A stretch of 45,842 nt of DNA from a virus. Every line of letters starts with the position of its first letter. The first letter of the stretch is position 1. A program made the position numbers and the translations under genes. The DNA lies in the IMG/VR virus record IMGVR_UViG_3300049639_000145. One strand, 5' to 3'. Of this stretch, positions 1 to 8,147 are shown piece after piece. A model generated the notes under the pieces. The model did not search any database and was not told the DNA's origin. It worked only from the letters and a program-made list of their open reading frames with translations.

Positions 1-279
1 TGCGAATTTCAGCGCACCTGTCAGAAGCGGGACAACTAATACTACATTCAGTTTTTCAGACACTTCGACAGGGTTACCAAGATCGTGGCTCTGGAATTTT
101 GGAGATGGAACAACTTCAACAGAGCAAAATCCTACACATAGATACACTTCTCCTGGCACTTACACAGTTACACTGACAGCGACCAATGCCGTTTCAACCG
201 ATACTGAAACAAAGAGCGCGTACATAACGGTAGCGTCCTCTGGCGGAGGTTCTCCTGTAATATATCCTACAGATGGAAA
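1..279. repeat. Left arm of >=279-bp inverted repeat (partner 45521..45799)
   Basis: 1..279 equals the reverse complement of 45521..45799 except at positions 85 and 178, both synonymous third positions. The repeat may extend beyond the window start. Confidence 0.95.
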
Positions 280-2224
280 ACTCACATGGAAAGGTATTGA
301 ATGGAAGGTCAGGTCATATGATGGCGAACCAGGTGGCGAAAACAACAAATGGCTCACGAATGGCGCATACATTGACGATCTTGGCAGGCTGCATCTCACA
401 ATAACAAAAGAGGGAGATACTTTCTATTCTTCTGAATTATGTACCCCTACAAAATATCGGTATGGAGTGTTCCGGTGGCGTATTGAGACTCCACTTAACG
501 ATCTTGATCCTAATGTTTGCTTGGCGGGCTTCACGTATCTCAATGACACTACTGAAATTGATATTGAGTATTCCAAATGGATCCACGACACACGTGAACT
601 CTGGTATTCAAATCAGCCTCATCATTTCCCCGGCTATCAAATCGAACAGGCTCAACCAGTGATCGGGGAAATTGATTGGTCGCCCTCTCGCATCATATTT
701 AGTTCGTGGTATGCGGATGGTACTCTTATAGCGCAATACCAAACAACAACAGATATCCCGGCTGAGGACTCGTATTTCCTACTCCAATGCTGGCTTGTCG
801 ATCCCACATTAGGCACGGCTTCAGGTGGCAATCTTGATTTTGTATTTTCAGATTTCACGATAAATCCCACATCGGATCCAGTATTTACTCCTGTTGCCAA
901 TTTCTCTGCTAATGTCACTTCGGGAACTGCTCCCTTAACAGTTCAGTTTAGTGACTTAAGCACAAATACGCCTACCTCATGGCTCTGGGATTTTGGAGAT
1001 GGCACTACTTCAACATCGAGAAACCCATCTCATCAATATTCCAGAGCAGGCTCATATACAGTCACCCTAACTGCCACCAATGCGGCAGGGAGTGACACCG
1101 AAACGAAAACGGCATACATCACGGTTACCGCTCCCACACTCCCCTCAGTTCCAATTTTGGAAAATATCGTAAGGAATTCAAACTTCGAAGCGTGGTCGAG
1201 TGGAACATCAGAAGCAGCACCGGACGGATGGGTAATCTCAGATGACACAACCACAACAGGAGGGCTTTTCCGGTCAAATGACGGCGCGACTGGCTCACAT
1301 TCTCTTGGGATTGTGGGCGACGGAATTCAACGTATCAGAGGACATGTCCTATGTTTCCCGCAGGTCACAGCAGCACCCACTAAAATGGATGCCTGGGTAA
1401 AACGTGTAGGATCGGCTACAGGCGGCATTGAACTATTCTGTTGGAACGGAGTAGATAATTATAGAAGTGTCCTGGCGAATGATGTGTTGGCGGATACCTG
1501 GACGCATGTTTCCTGGGATCTGGCTACCCATGATGCGATTGATAATATCGAAGTTGATATTTATTCGATTGAATATGCGGTGGGCACTTGGTTAGTAGAC
1601 AATGTTCAGGTTTCTTGCGAAGTGCCTGTCTATGACATGGACGAAACTATATCGGCTTCCACCATTCAGAATCAGTTCACGTATAATCCATCCGGAGAAT
1701 ATACTACCTCAAACATCTGTGTCAATTTCCTTACATATCCACTGACCGATTATGATGTTAGCTCAATCACTGCGACCATTGACGGTATCCCAAGAACTGT
1801 ATGGTATAGAGGAAATTATGTCTATATTGATACATCAGGGCTGGATACCTCTCCTCATGCGGTAGTTATCCAAGCTAATAGAAACGTGGAAAGTGTACCT
1901 CCTGTTGCTAATTTCACAGCAGATCCGACTTCTGGCACAGAACCGCTAACGGTAACATTTACGGATACAAGCACGAATACACCTACGTCCTGGCTGTGGA
2001 ACTTCGGAGACGGCACAACATCGACAGATCAGAATCCTTCTCATACATATTCGGCAGCAGGCACTTATACCGTAGTTCTCACGGCCACCAACGCAGCCGG
2101 TAGTGATTCGAAAACGAAAACCGGATATATCACGGTAGCTGCAACTTCAGGACTTGACGACCTGGACTTCCCCCTAACAGCAGAAATATTTTCAAAAACA
2201 TATACGGCGGTGATTGACCAGTGA
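2..2224 (+). CDS. 5'-truncated multidomain adhesin/surface protein: PKD - GH16/laminarinase-like lectin - PKD - CBM4/9-like - unknown - PKD
   Basis: Frame is open from position 2 ([10 protein letters not shown]...), in frame with the 467..2224 ORF. Three PKD repeats (W[LN]FGDGTTS..NP.H.Y...G.YTV.LT.TN), a GH16-like EIDIEY motif and a CBM-like N.VRNSNFE start. Confidence 0.8.
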   Translation, partial: ANFSAPVRSGTTNTTFSFSDTSTGLPRSWLWNFGDGTTSTEQNPTHRYTSPGTYTVTLTATNAVSTDTETKSAYITVASSGGGSPVIYPTDGKLTWKGIEWKVRSYDGEPGGENNKWLTNGAYIDDLGRLHLTITKEGDTFYSSELCTPTKYRYGVFRWRIETPLNDLDPNVCLAGFTYLNDTTEIDIEYSKWIHDTRELWYSNQPHHFPGYQIEQAQPVIGEIDWSPSRIIFSSWYADGTLIAQYQTTTDIPAEDSYFLLQCWLVDPTLGTASGGNLDFVFSDFTINPTSDPVFTPVANFSANVTSGTAPLTVQFSDLSTNTPTSWLWDFGDGTTSTSRNPSHQYSRAGSYTVTLTATNAAGSDTETKTAYITVTAPTLPSVPILENIVRNSNFEAWSSGTSEAAPDGWVISDDTTTTGGLFRSNDGATGSHSLGIVGDGIQRIRGHVLCFPQVTAAPTKMDAWVKRVGSATGGIELFCWNGVDNYRSVLANDVLADTWTHVSWDLATHDAIDNIEVDIYSIEYAVGTWLVDNVQVSCEVPVYDMDETISASTIQNQFTYNPSGEYTTSNICVNFLTYPLTDYDVSSITATIDGIPRTVWYRGNYVYIDTSGLDTSPHAVVIQANRNVESVPPVANFTADPTSGTEPLTVTFTDTSTNTPTSWLWNFGDGTTSTDQNPSHTYSAAGTYTVVLTATNAAGSDSKTKTGYITVAATSGLDDLDFPLTAEIFSKTYTAVIDQ

Positions 2225-2556
2225 GCGATATCGAATTTAAGGTTGGTGACGCTGATATTGTGGGCGCACAGCTAAAAGAAAACGGCGTTGGGATCAATCT
2301 AACAGGATACACGGTTAGCCTAATTATGAAAAGTTCAGCAGGAGATAGAATAACGATTCCATGCACCCTAAACGCGGTTGTAAACGGAGTTAGCGTACCC
2401 GCAACGTCAGGCGGTGTATCTATTCCGTTCACGGCAACGCATACGGCAACTGCGGGTAATTACAGATTTGAATTTTTAATTTCAAACGGGACAACTGTTG
2501 CTCGTATTCCGTCAGGTAATAATTACTACACATTGACAGTATGGGAAGCTCTGTAA
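2221..2556 (+). CDS. BppU N-terminal-like (baseplate upper/adaptor) Ig-fold protein
   Basis: Motif pattern ...INLTG.TV.L.M...G...G.Y..EF.I...G...RIP, GTG start overlapping the upstream stop. Confidence 0.55.
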   Translation: MSDIEFKVGDADIVGAQLKENGVGINLTGYTVSLIMKSSAGDRITIPCTLNAVVNGVSVPATSGGVSIPFTATHTATAGNYRFEFLISNGTTVARIPSGNNYYTLTVWEAL

Positions 2557-2715
2557 TGCGAACTGACGGGCTATATTTCGCATCAATCACGAAAAATCTA
2601 TTTTGGGAGCGGAGTACGTTTCCGAATGCTGGGTACATCACAATAAAAATAAATAAATCCGTATAACATCGAATGAAATAATAAAATTATTATATAAGGT
2701 GCGATATCTCACATA

Positions 2716-2847
2716 ATGGAGATATGTAATATGTGTAAATACGCCGAAACCTGTCCTTTGAAAAAGGAAGATTCATTCACCTGTAAGAAAGAGATAGACT
2801 GTAGTTATTGTGGGAAATATCGAGAATTCGAGGCTCAAAATGCCTGA
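2716..2847 (+). CDS. 43-aa Cys-rich microprotein (MEICNMCKYAETCPLKKEDSFTCKKEIDCSYCGKYREFEAQNA)
   Basis: Hand-translated, six Cys, upstream TATA-like TTATATAAG near 2690. Confidence 0.5.
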   Translation: MEICNMCKYAETCPLKKEDSFTCKKEIDCSYCGKYREFEAQNA

Positions 2848-3053
2848 AACCTGCGGAACTTGTCTCTCATACTCAGAAGTTGACGGGCTGTATCCCACTA
2901 TTGAAATGGCGGGGATTAGCCCTTACTTGCTCCTAAACAGGAATAATTTATCTAAGAAGGCGAGAAGACCCCGTTCTTTAGGGCGGGGATGAAAGCCGTC
3001 AACTTCTACATAATTCTTTTCTACAATTTATCATTTAGCTTATAAATAACCAC

Positions 3054-3081
3054 TTTACAGAAAGTTATAAATATCTGTAAA
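3054..3081 (+). promoter_or_regulatory. Archaeal TATA promoter (AAAGTTATAAATA) flanked by 8-bp inverted repeat TTTACAGA/TCTGTAAA
   Basis: Sequence match to BRE/TATA; the inverted repeat is directly visible. Confidence 0.6.
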
Positions 3082-3186
3082 ACCATATAGTATAATGTCA
3101 GTGGTACACTGATTTGAGCTTGTCTGACTCCGGAGGTTACGAAGGAGGATGAAGCAAGAAATGATATGAACCTGTATCGGTTACCC

Positions 3187-3298
3187 TGTGCGGATGATAG
3201 ATACAGGGAAATTATCATAGTACCTGATGTCCCACATTAGAGACTTTGCGCCTGTCAGGTGTGCGGATGATAGATACAGGGAAATTATCATAGTACCT
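3187..3298 (+). repeat. Two identical 39-bp direct repeats (3187-3225, 3260-3298) around a 34-bp spacer; CRISPR-like mini-array
   Basis: Repeat TGTGCGGATGATAGATACAGGGAAATTATCATAGTACCT; spacer GATGTCCCACATTAGAGACTTTGCGCCTGTCAGG. The duplication is certain; a CRISPR function is not established. Confidence 0.85.
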
Positions 3299-3321
3299 AA
3301 TAAAATCGGAGAACTAACGAA

Positions 3322-4440
3322 ATGTTAAGAGCCTATAAATATCGAATATACCCAAATAAAACTCAAAAAGAACAAATTGAAAAGCAGTTTGGGGCGTGTA
3401 GGTTTGTCTATAATTGGGCTTTAGAACAGAAAATAAAGTATTATGAAACTGAGAAAAAGACACTTTCATGTTTTACAATTACAAAGCATCTAGCCATTCT
3501 CAAAAAAACAGAAGGGTATGAATGGTTACAAGATGGAAATTCACAAGCCTTGCAGATGTCAATTCGTAATTTAGATAACGCATTTAAAAGGTTTTTCAGG
3601 GAAAAAAAAGGATTCCCAAAATTCAAATCAAAAAAGAATCCAGTTCAATCTTTTCAAATTCCTCAACATTATACAGTAGACTTTGAACGAAATAGAGTGA
3701 AACTTCCTAAAATCGGACTGGTTAAAGCTTCCTTTTCAAGAGAGTTTGAAGGAACTTGTAAAACTGCAACAATTTCAAGATCCACTACTCACAAATATTA
3801 TATTTCTATTTTAGTCGACGATGGTAAAGACATCCCAATTAAAGAGCCGTTCAATGATAATACCACAGTCGGGGTAGATGTTGGTATCGAGTGTTTTGCA
3901 GTATTATCAACCGGTGAAAAGTTCGATAATCCTAAATATTATAAGAATTCACTTCAAAAGCTGAAAGTCCTTTCTAAAAGGCTCAGCCGAAAACAGAAAG
4001 GCTCTAACAACTGGAAAAAGGCTAAACTCCGATTATCAAAACTGCATGAGAAAATTAGTAATCAGCGTAACGATTTTCATCATAAACTTTCAAAGAAACT
4101 AATAAGCGAGAACCAAGCTGTAGCATTAGAAACTCTTAAAGTTTGTAACATGGTGAAAAATAAGAACCTTGCTCAGTCTATATATGATGCTGGATGGTCT
4201 GCTTTTGTTAAAAAACTTGAATATAAAGCGGAATGGTACGGTAAAACTATATTGAGAATAGGGCAGTTTGAACCATCTTCTAAGTTTTGTAATGTATGCG
4301 GCTATCATAATAAGGAATTGACTTTAGCAGTTCGAGAATGGACTTGTCCGTCTTGTAATACTTCTCATGATAGAGATGTTAATGCGGCAATTAACATTAA
4401 GAAGTTTTCACTTCAAGATCAGAACTTAGTAGGCGTTTAA
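3322..4440 (+). CDS. tnpB: TnpB (IS605 OrfB) RNA-guided nuclease
   Basis: N-terminal HTH_OrfB (RAYKYRIYP), RuvC-I GVDVG, RuvC-II ALETL, zinc ribbon CNVC...CPSC, RuvC-III DRDVNAA. Confidence 0.95.
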   Translation: MLRAYKYRIYPNKTQKEQIEKQFGACRFVYNWALEQKIKYYETEKKTLSCFTITKHLAILKKTEGYEWLQDGNSQALQMSIRNLDNAFKRFFREKKGFPKFKSKKNPVQSFQIPQHYTVDFERNRVKLPKIGLVKASFSREFEGTCKTATISRSTTHKYYISILVDDGKDIPIKEPFNDNTTVGVDVGIECFAVLSTGEKFDNPKYYKNSLQKLKVLSKRLSRKQKGSNNWKKAKLRLSKLHEKISNQRNDFHHKLSKKLISENQAVALETLKVCNMVKNKNLAQSIYDAGWSAFVKKLEYKAEWYGKTILRIGQFEPSSKFCNVCGYHNKELTLAVREWTCPSCNTSHDRDVNAAINIKKFSLQDQNLVGV

Positions 4441-4567
4441 AAAAAGAAATTTGCACCGTAGGAACTACGGGGTGAGCTTGTTGACTTATGAACGATGGTT
4501 CAAGGAATGAAACAAGAATCCCCTTCGTTTACGGAGGGGTAGTTCAACCCAAAGTGTTTTATACTTC
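4380..4567 (+). ncRNA. Putative omega/reRNA of tnpB1, with the guide taken from the right flank (CCCAAAGTGTTTTATACTTC); 5' end approximate
   Basis: Overlaps the tnpB 3' end, has typical stems (ACCGTAGGAACTACGGG; GAGCTTG...CAAGAATCCCC) and ends at the right-end hairpin plus TTCAA. Confidence 0.6.
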
Positions 4568-4587
4568 TCTTATAATATAAGTTCAAT

Positions 4588-4821
4588 ATGTTATGCTTCG
4601 AACATTCTGATAAATTCGGGGAGATCTGTACAAACCGTTGCCCTGATCGGCAAAAATGCAACATTCAAAAAACATCTATCCTCATCGAAGCCATGGACAT
4701 CCTTGCATCGGAAGTCGTTTCTGAAGAGGAAAACGGCATATTCATAACCTCTCTAATTCCTTACTGTTCAGCCCCGGAAGCATATTTGAACGGTGTGGTC
4801 TATGACTACCTTGAAAACTAA
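4588..4821 (+). CDS. Small Cys-rich hypothetical protein
   Basis: ORF track; upstream TTTTATAC promoter-like sequence. Confidence 0.55.
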   Translation: MLCFEHSDKFGEICTNRCPDRQKCNIQKTSILIEAMDILASEVVSEEENGIFITSLIPYCSAPEAYLNGVVYDYLEN

Positions 4822-5083
4822 CGTAAGCTGCTCTAATCCTGAATGTTCCCACTTAATCACGATTTCCGTGGAGCAAAAAAGAGTACTTTTGACAGATAAT
4901 TTTCTGAAATACGGCAAAGTCTCGCTTATCTACTGCTCAAAAGCCTGCCAGGAAGCTCACCAGGCTAAACTTGCCGAATCAAAGTTCTTTGAGAAGGGAA
5001 ACCTGAAGAATCATTCTTCCGCGCTTGTGAGGAAGGGAGCGACTGTTAAGAAGAGATGGAGAAGGACGGCTGTACGGAAGTAG
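4802..5083 (+). CDS. Zinc-finger protein (CSNPEC...YCSKAC)
   Basis: ORF track 4793..5083; ATG at 4802 is the likelier start. Confidence 0.55.
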   Translation: MTTLKTNVSCSNPECSHLITISVEQKRVLLTDNFLKYGKVSLIYCSKACQEAHQAKLAESKFFEKGNLKNHSSALVRKGATVKKRWRRTAVRK

Positions 5084-5164
5084 AAGAGGCCGGATTCTTT
5101 GTCGACTTTCGAAGAGTGATTTTTCAATTTTCTTTTATATGCTTTTTTCGACTCCTTCTCTGTT

Positions 5165-5557
5165 ATGGTCTTGTGTTCTGTTGATTACGTCCGTTCCAAA
5201 ATATTTTCCAGTTCCCTCTCGGATCTGGATATCTCTACCATCATTACCGAGACCAGTGAGGACGTACTCACCCTATGCGAAACCACCGATGAAACCAACC
5301 CCCTTGTTATTTTAGCCGGTAAATATGCCATACTTGCAGCCGTCCTCCGAAAAATGAAAACCACCGGAGAAGCTGCAGCCAGTGTGAAAACCGGCAATAG
5401 TCAACGACAGAACACAACCGACCTCGATATAGAAACATACGAGAAAAAAGCAGACTATTATATTGAAAAATATAAAAATACGGTGTCTTATTCTTTTTCA
5501 AGTCCTTCCTATCACACGGGATTCAATTGCCACGGGGGCTGTCATGGGCTCAATTGA
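5165..5557 (+). CDS. Head-tail adaptor/connector protein
   Basis: Size, helical character and position before closure/gp10/terminator genes. Confidence 0.6.
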   Translation: MVLCSVDYVRSKIFSSSLSDLDISTIITETSEDVLTLCETTDETNPLVILAGKYAILAAVLRKMKTTGEAAASVKTGNSQRQNTTDLDIETYEKKADYYIEKYKNTVSYSFSSPSYHTGFNCHGGCHGLN

Positions 5558-5909
5558 TTTTGCTATGATTCACTCATGCCAGATCCTCCACGATGCCGGG
5601 ACTACTCAGGATGCAGCAGGTTCTCCCATTCCGAACTTAGTTCCTACTGATAGCGTTTGCTTATTCTCGAACATATCAACTGCGGGAAATAGCATTCTTA
5701 TAAGCGAAGCTGGAAAGGTAATAGAAACCTCTCTTGTGTGTTTCCTTCCTTCGACTGCAACAGTTCAGGAAGGAGATTTCATATCAACTGCGGAAACTAA
5801 TTACGCAGGCACTTATGAAGTTCAGAAAGTGGACGCTCCTGAAATTCCCTTTTCTGGAATAGTTGACCACAAAGAAGCTTTTTTGAAGGCGGTGAAAAAA
5901 CGTGGTTAA
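5544..5909 (+). CDS. Head closure (stopper) protein
   Basis: Beta-rich, ends with ...YEV..VD.P......DHKEA.L; ATG at 5544 overlaps the upstream gene. Confidence 0.55.
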   Translation: MGSIDFAMIHSCQILHDAGTTQDAAGSPIPNLVPTDSVCLFSNISTAGNSILISEAGKVIETSLVCFLPSTATVQEGDFISTAETNYAGTYEVQKVDAPEIPFSGIVDHKEAFLKAVKKRG

Positions 5910-6285
5910 ATTCACTGTCAAAATAGATGGAGTCGAGGAGCTTAAAAAAACCTTCAAACTAATTGAAAAAGATATTATGGACGTTGTTACTCAGTCCACT
6001 AGGGACGGCGGGGAAGTCGTAAAAATAGCCGCAAAAGGGCATGTTCACGTAATAACAGGTAGGCTCAAAAACTCTATAGACGAGCTTCGTGTAATCAAAA
6101 ATCCAAGCCGTGTAGAGGTTCAAGTAGGATCTAACGTCCCTTATGCGATGATTGAAGAATTCCGGGTAGGCGGGAAATACCCCGGTCCTCACTCATACAT
6201 GAGATGGGCTCTGGACACACACGAAAAGGAAATCGTTTCGACAATAGAAAATAAAATAACTTCCCGGCTTGCGAGGTATAGATGA
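5902..6285 (+). CDS. HK97 gp10-like tail completion protein
   Basis: Motifs V.TG.LK.SI, VG.NVPYA...EF, P.SYMR.ALD. Confidence 0.8.
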   Translation: MVKFTVKIDGVEELKKTFKLIEKDIMDVVTQSTRDGGEVVKIAAKGHVHVITGRLKNSIDELRVIKNPSRVEVQVGSNVPYAMIEEFRVGGKYPGPHSYMRWALDTHEKEIVSTIENKITSRLARYR

Positions 6286-6656
6286 GCTTGATAGATGAGG
6301 CAGTCCGGGCGGTACTTCTCGCGAATTCTACAGTTTCCGGGCTTGTAGGTACTCGTATATATCCGCTCCAGCTTCCCCTTTCATGCACATTTCCTGCAAT
6401 CTCTTACTCTTTTCCTTCAGACAATTACGCAAGAGTGGCGAGATCAGCCAGGCTTCAGGTGGACTGCTGGGCTGAAGATTTCACGCAATGCAAGAACCTG
6501 AAAAATGCAGTAGAAGCCGCTCTGGATGGATATTCGGGTACAGTTTCCGGTATCAATATCGAAGGCATTTTTCCAATTTCTCCGTATGATCTCCCTCCGG
6601 ATGAAACGGGGCTTTTTCACATTCCATATGATTTCAAAGTTATCTATAGACATTGA
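6282..6656 (+). CDS. Tail terminator (DUF3168-like)
   Basis: V..LVG.RIYP..LP....FPAI.Y and RLQVDCWA motifs. Confidence 0.8.
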   Translation: MSLIDEAVRAVLLANSTVSGLVGTRIYPLQLPLSCTFPAISYSFPSDNYARVARSARLQVDCWAEDFTQCKNLKNAVEAALDGYSGTVSGINIEGIFPISPYDLPPDETGLFHIPYDFKVIYRH

Positions 6657-6665
6657 GGACAGAAC

Positions 6666-7472
6666 ATGACGACATACCAGACAAGCGCGCAGCACAGTGA
6701 AACTATCCGCTTCGGTTCTGCTAAAATCGAAGTAGGAGAAACCGAGGAGAGTCTCGTAAACCTGGGGCTCGCAACCGGGGTAAAATTCACCGAAGAATAT
6801 ACGCCTGTTGTCCTGAAACCCGACAATGCCCCTGAAATCGTTGTCGGTGTAAAAGACCACAGCGCAACCGTTGAATTCGAGATGTGGGAAGTCAACCTCA
6901 CAAATCTCAACCTGATCCGAGGCGGGATTGATACCCTCAGCAGCGTTGAAGGTTCGGAAACTCATGTAATCGAAGAAACCCATACACTGACTGATACTAA
7001 TTTTGTCAGGCTTGCCCACAAGAACGGCGACGGCACCGAGGTAGATTCTATAGTTGTAACGAATGCCGCCGATACCGCAGCTGTCAGAAACACTGACTAT
7101 GTTATTGCAGTCGATGAAGAGGGCTATACCTGCATTGCCAGGGTTGAAACTTCAACTGTGATTGCGGACGGTGGCGGAATAAAGGTAAGCTATTCTTACA
7201 CTCCTTATACTGCAACAACTCTCTCAAGCGGCGGGAAAAATACGGTATCTGCCAGAGTGGTCAGGCTCACGAACACCAATGCAGATGGCAAGAAGTTCGA
7301 GATCACCGTTTACGCCGCGAAAAACCAGGGTGGCATCGAACTTGCACTCCCAGCAGATGACGGAGACGAGCCACTGAAGCCCACGATTACCTTGAAAGGT
7401 ATATGTGATACTACAAGGGAGGCAGGCGACCAGCTGTTCAAGATTGTGGATGAGCAAGGTGTAAGCGCATAA
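6666..7472 (+). CDS. Major tail (tube) protein with inserted Ig-like domain
   Basis: Position after the terminator and before chaperone/TMP; tube-like N- and C-terminal strands. Confidence 0.7.
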   Translation: MTTYQTSAQHSETIRFGSAKIEVGETEESLVNLGLATGVKFTEEYTPVVLKPDNAPEIVVGVKDHSATVEFEMWEVNLTNLNLIRGGIDTLSSVEGSETHVIEETHTLTDTNFVRLAHKNGDGTEVDSIVVTNAADTAAVRNTDYVIAVDEEGYTCIARVETSTVIADGGGIKVSYSYTPYTATTLSSGGKNTVSARVVRLTNTNADGKKFEITVYAAKNQGGIELALPADDGDEPLKPTITLKGICDTTREAGDQLFKIVDEQGVSA

Positions 7473-7499
7473 TTTCCCAGGAAATAAAGGTGAAAGAAA

Positions 7500-7892
7500 A
7501 TGTCCGAAAATGGTCTGCTAAAAGATTTCGATATTCTTTCTCCTCCAAAAAGAATTGCCCGGATCGGCGGGGAGGAAATAGATGTCACAATCGTTCCTGC
7601 GAGAGCTGCCCTGAAGTTCATCAGTTACTTAAAAAAATACAGCGTTAAATCGCTTGAATCTATGGATCAGGACAGCTTTGACCCTGGTATGATTGATGCT
7701 ATTCTCGAAGTTGTTGAACTTGTATGCAAGCGGTCAAGCACGAAAATTACCCGCGACTGGCTTCTTGATAATGTAGACATCAAGGTCCTTATGGAGTTCG
7801 TGCAGTATGTCTTTGCAGGCATGAAAAATGTAAGCTCTGAAGAATCTTCCTCCAGAGAAGAAGGAAAAAACTCGGAATCTGGGACATCATAA
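7500..7892 (+). CDS. Tail assembly chaperone (G-like)
   Basis: Lies between tube and TMP, acidic C-terminus, slippery A_AAA_AAC at 7865-7871. Confidence 0.75.
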   Translation: MSENGLLKDFDILSPPKRIARIGGEEIDVTIVPARAALKFISYLKKYSVKSLESMDQDSFDPGMIDAILEVVELVCKRSSTKITRDWLLDNVDIKVLMEFVQYVFAGMKNVSSEESSSREEGKNSESGTS

Positions 7893-8143
7893 CCCAGCTT
7901 GGACAGATGTACGCCTGGGCGACTCCGGAGAAGCTTCTCGATGAAATGAGTCTGGAACAGTTGATCTTGTTCTATCGGTACGGATGGGAAGCAAGGAAAA
8001 CTGACGCTCAGGTATATTGGGGTGTTCTCGGTCAAGCTCTCCAGGGCACGGAAGCCGGGGAAAAGGTACAGGGTCTTGAGAAGTTCAAAGAAGCGCATCC
8101 GGACGCAAAGATAGAAAACGGTGCTTGGAAAGTGAGCAGGTGA
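7865..8143 (+). CDS. Tail chaperone extension (T-like), reached by -1 frameshift
   Basis: The -1 frame is open from 7865 (KKLGIWDIITQLGQ) into the 7907..8143 ORF. Confidence 0.7.
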   Translation, partial: KKLGIWDIITQLGQMYAWATPEKLLDEMSLEQLILFYRYGWEARKTDAQVYWGVLGQALQGTEAGEKVQGLEKFKEAHPDAKIENGAWKVSR

Positions 8144-8147
8144 TTTT

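Larger units (their letters stand above)
2952..4547 (+). mobile_element. IS200/IS605-family tnpB-only element (left boundary approximate)
   Basis: Left hairpin CCCCGTTC-TTTA-GGGCGGGG (2969-2988) and right hairpin CCCCTTCG-TTTA-CGGAGGGG (4520-4539) followed by TAGTTCAA. Encloses tnpB; no tnpA found. Confidence 0.7.

Noticed and set aside
802-812. 11-nt match (TCCCACATTAG) between the mini-array spacer and the adhesin gene
   Set aside because: A match this short is expected by chance in 46 kb searched on both strands, and the flanks do not extend.
3187-3298. Repeats begin with GTGCG (group II intron 5' end), resemble C/D boxes, and encode CADDRYREIIIVP in two short ORFs
   Set aside because: No intron domain V or reverse transcriptase, CTGA follows only one copy, no Nop-domain protein for a TIGR-like system, and the ORFs are only 24 and 33 aa with no support.
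4793-5110. Pyrrolysine (TAG) read-through in viral genes
   Set aside because: The TAG-ending ORFs I checked (4802, 22528, 29957) have no convincing in-frame continuation.
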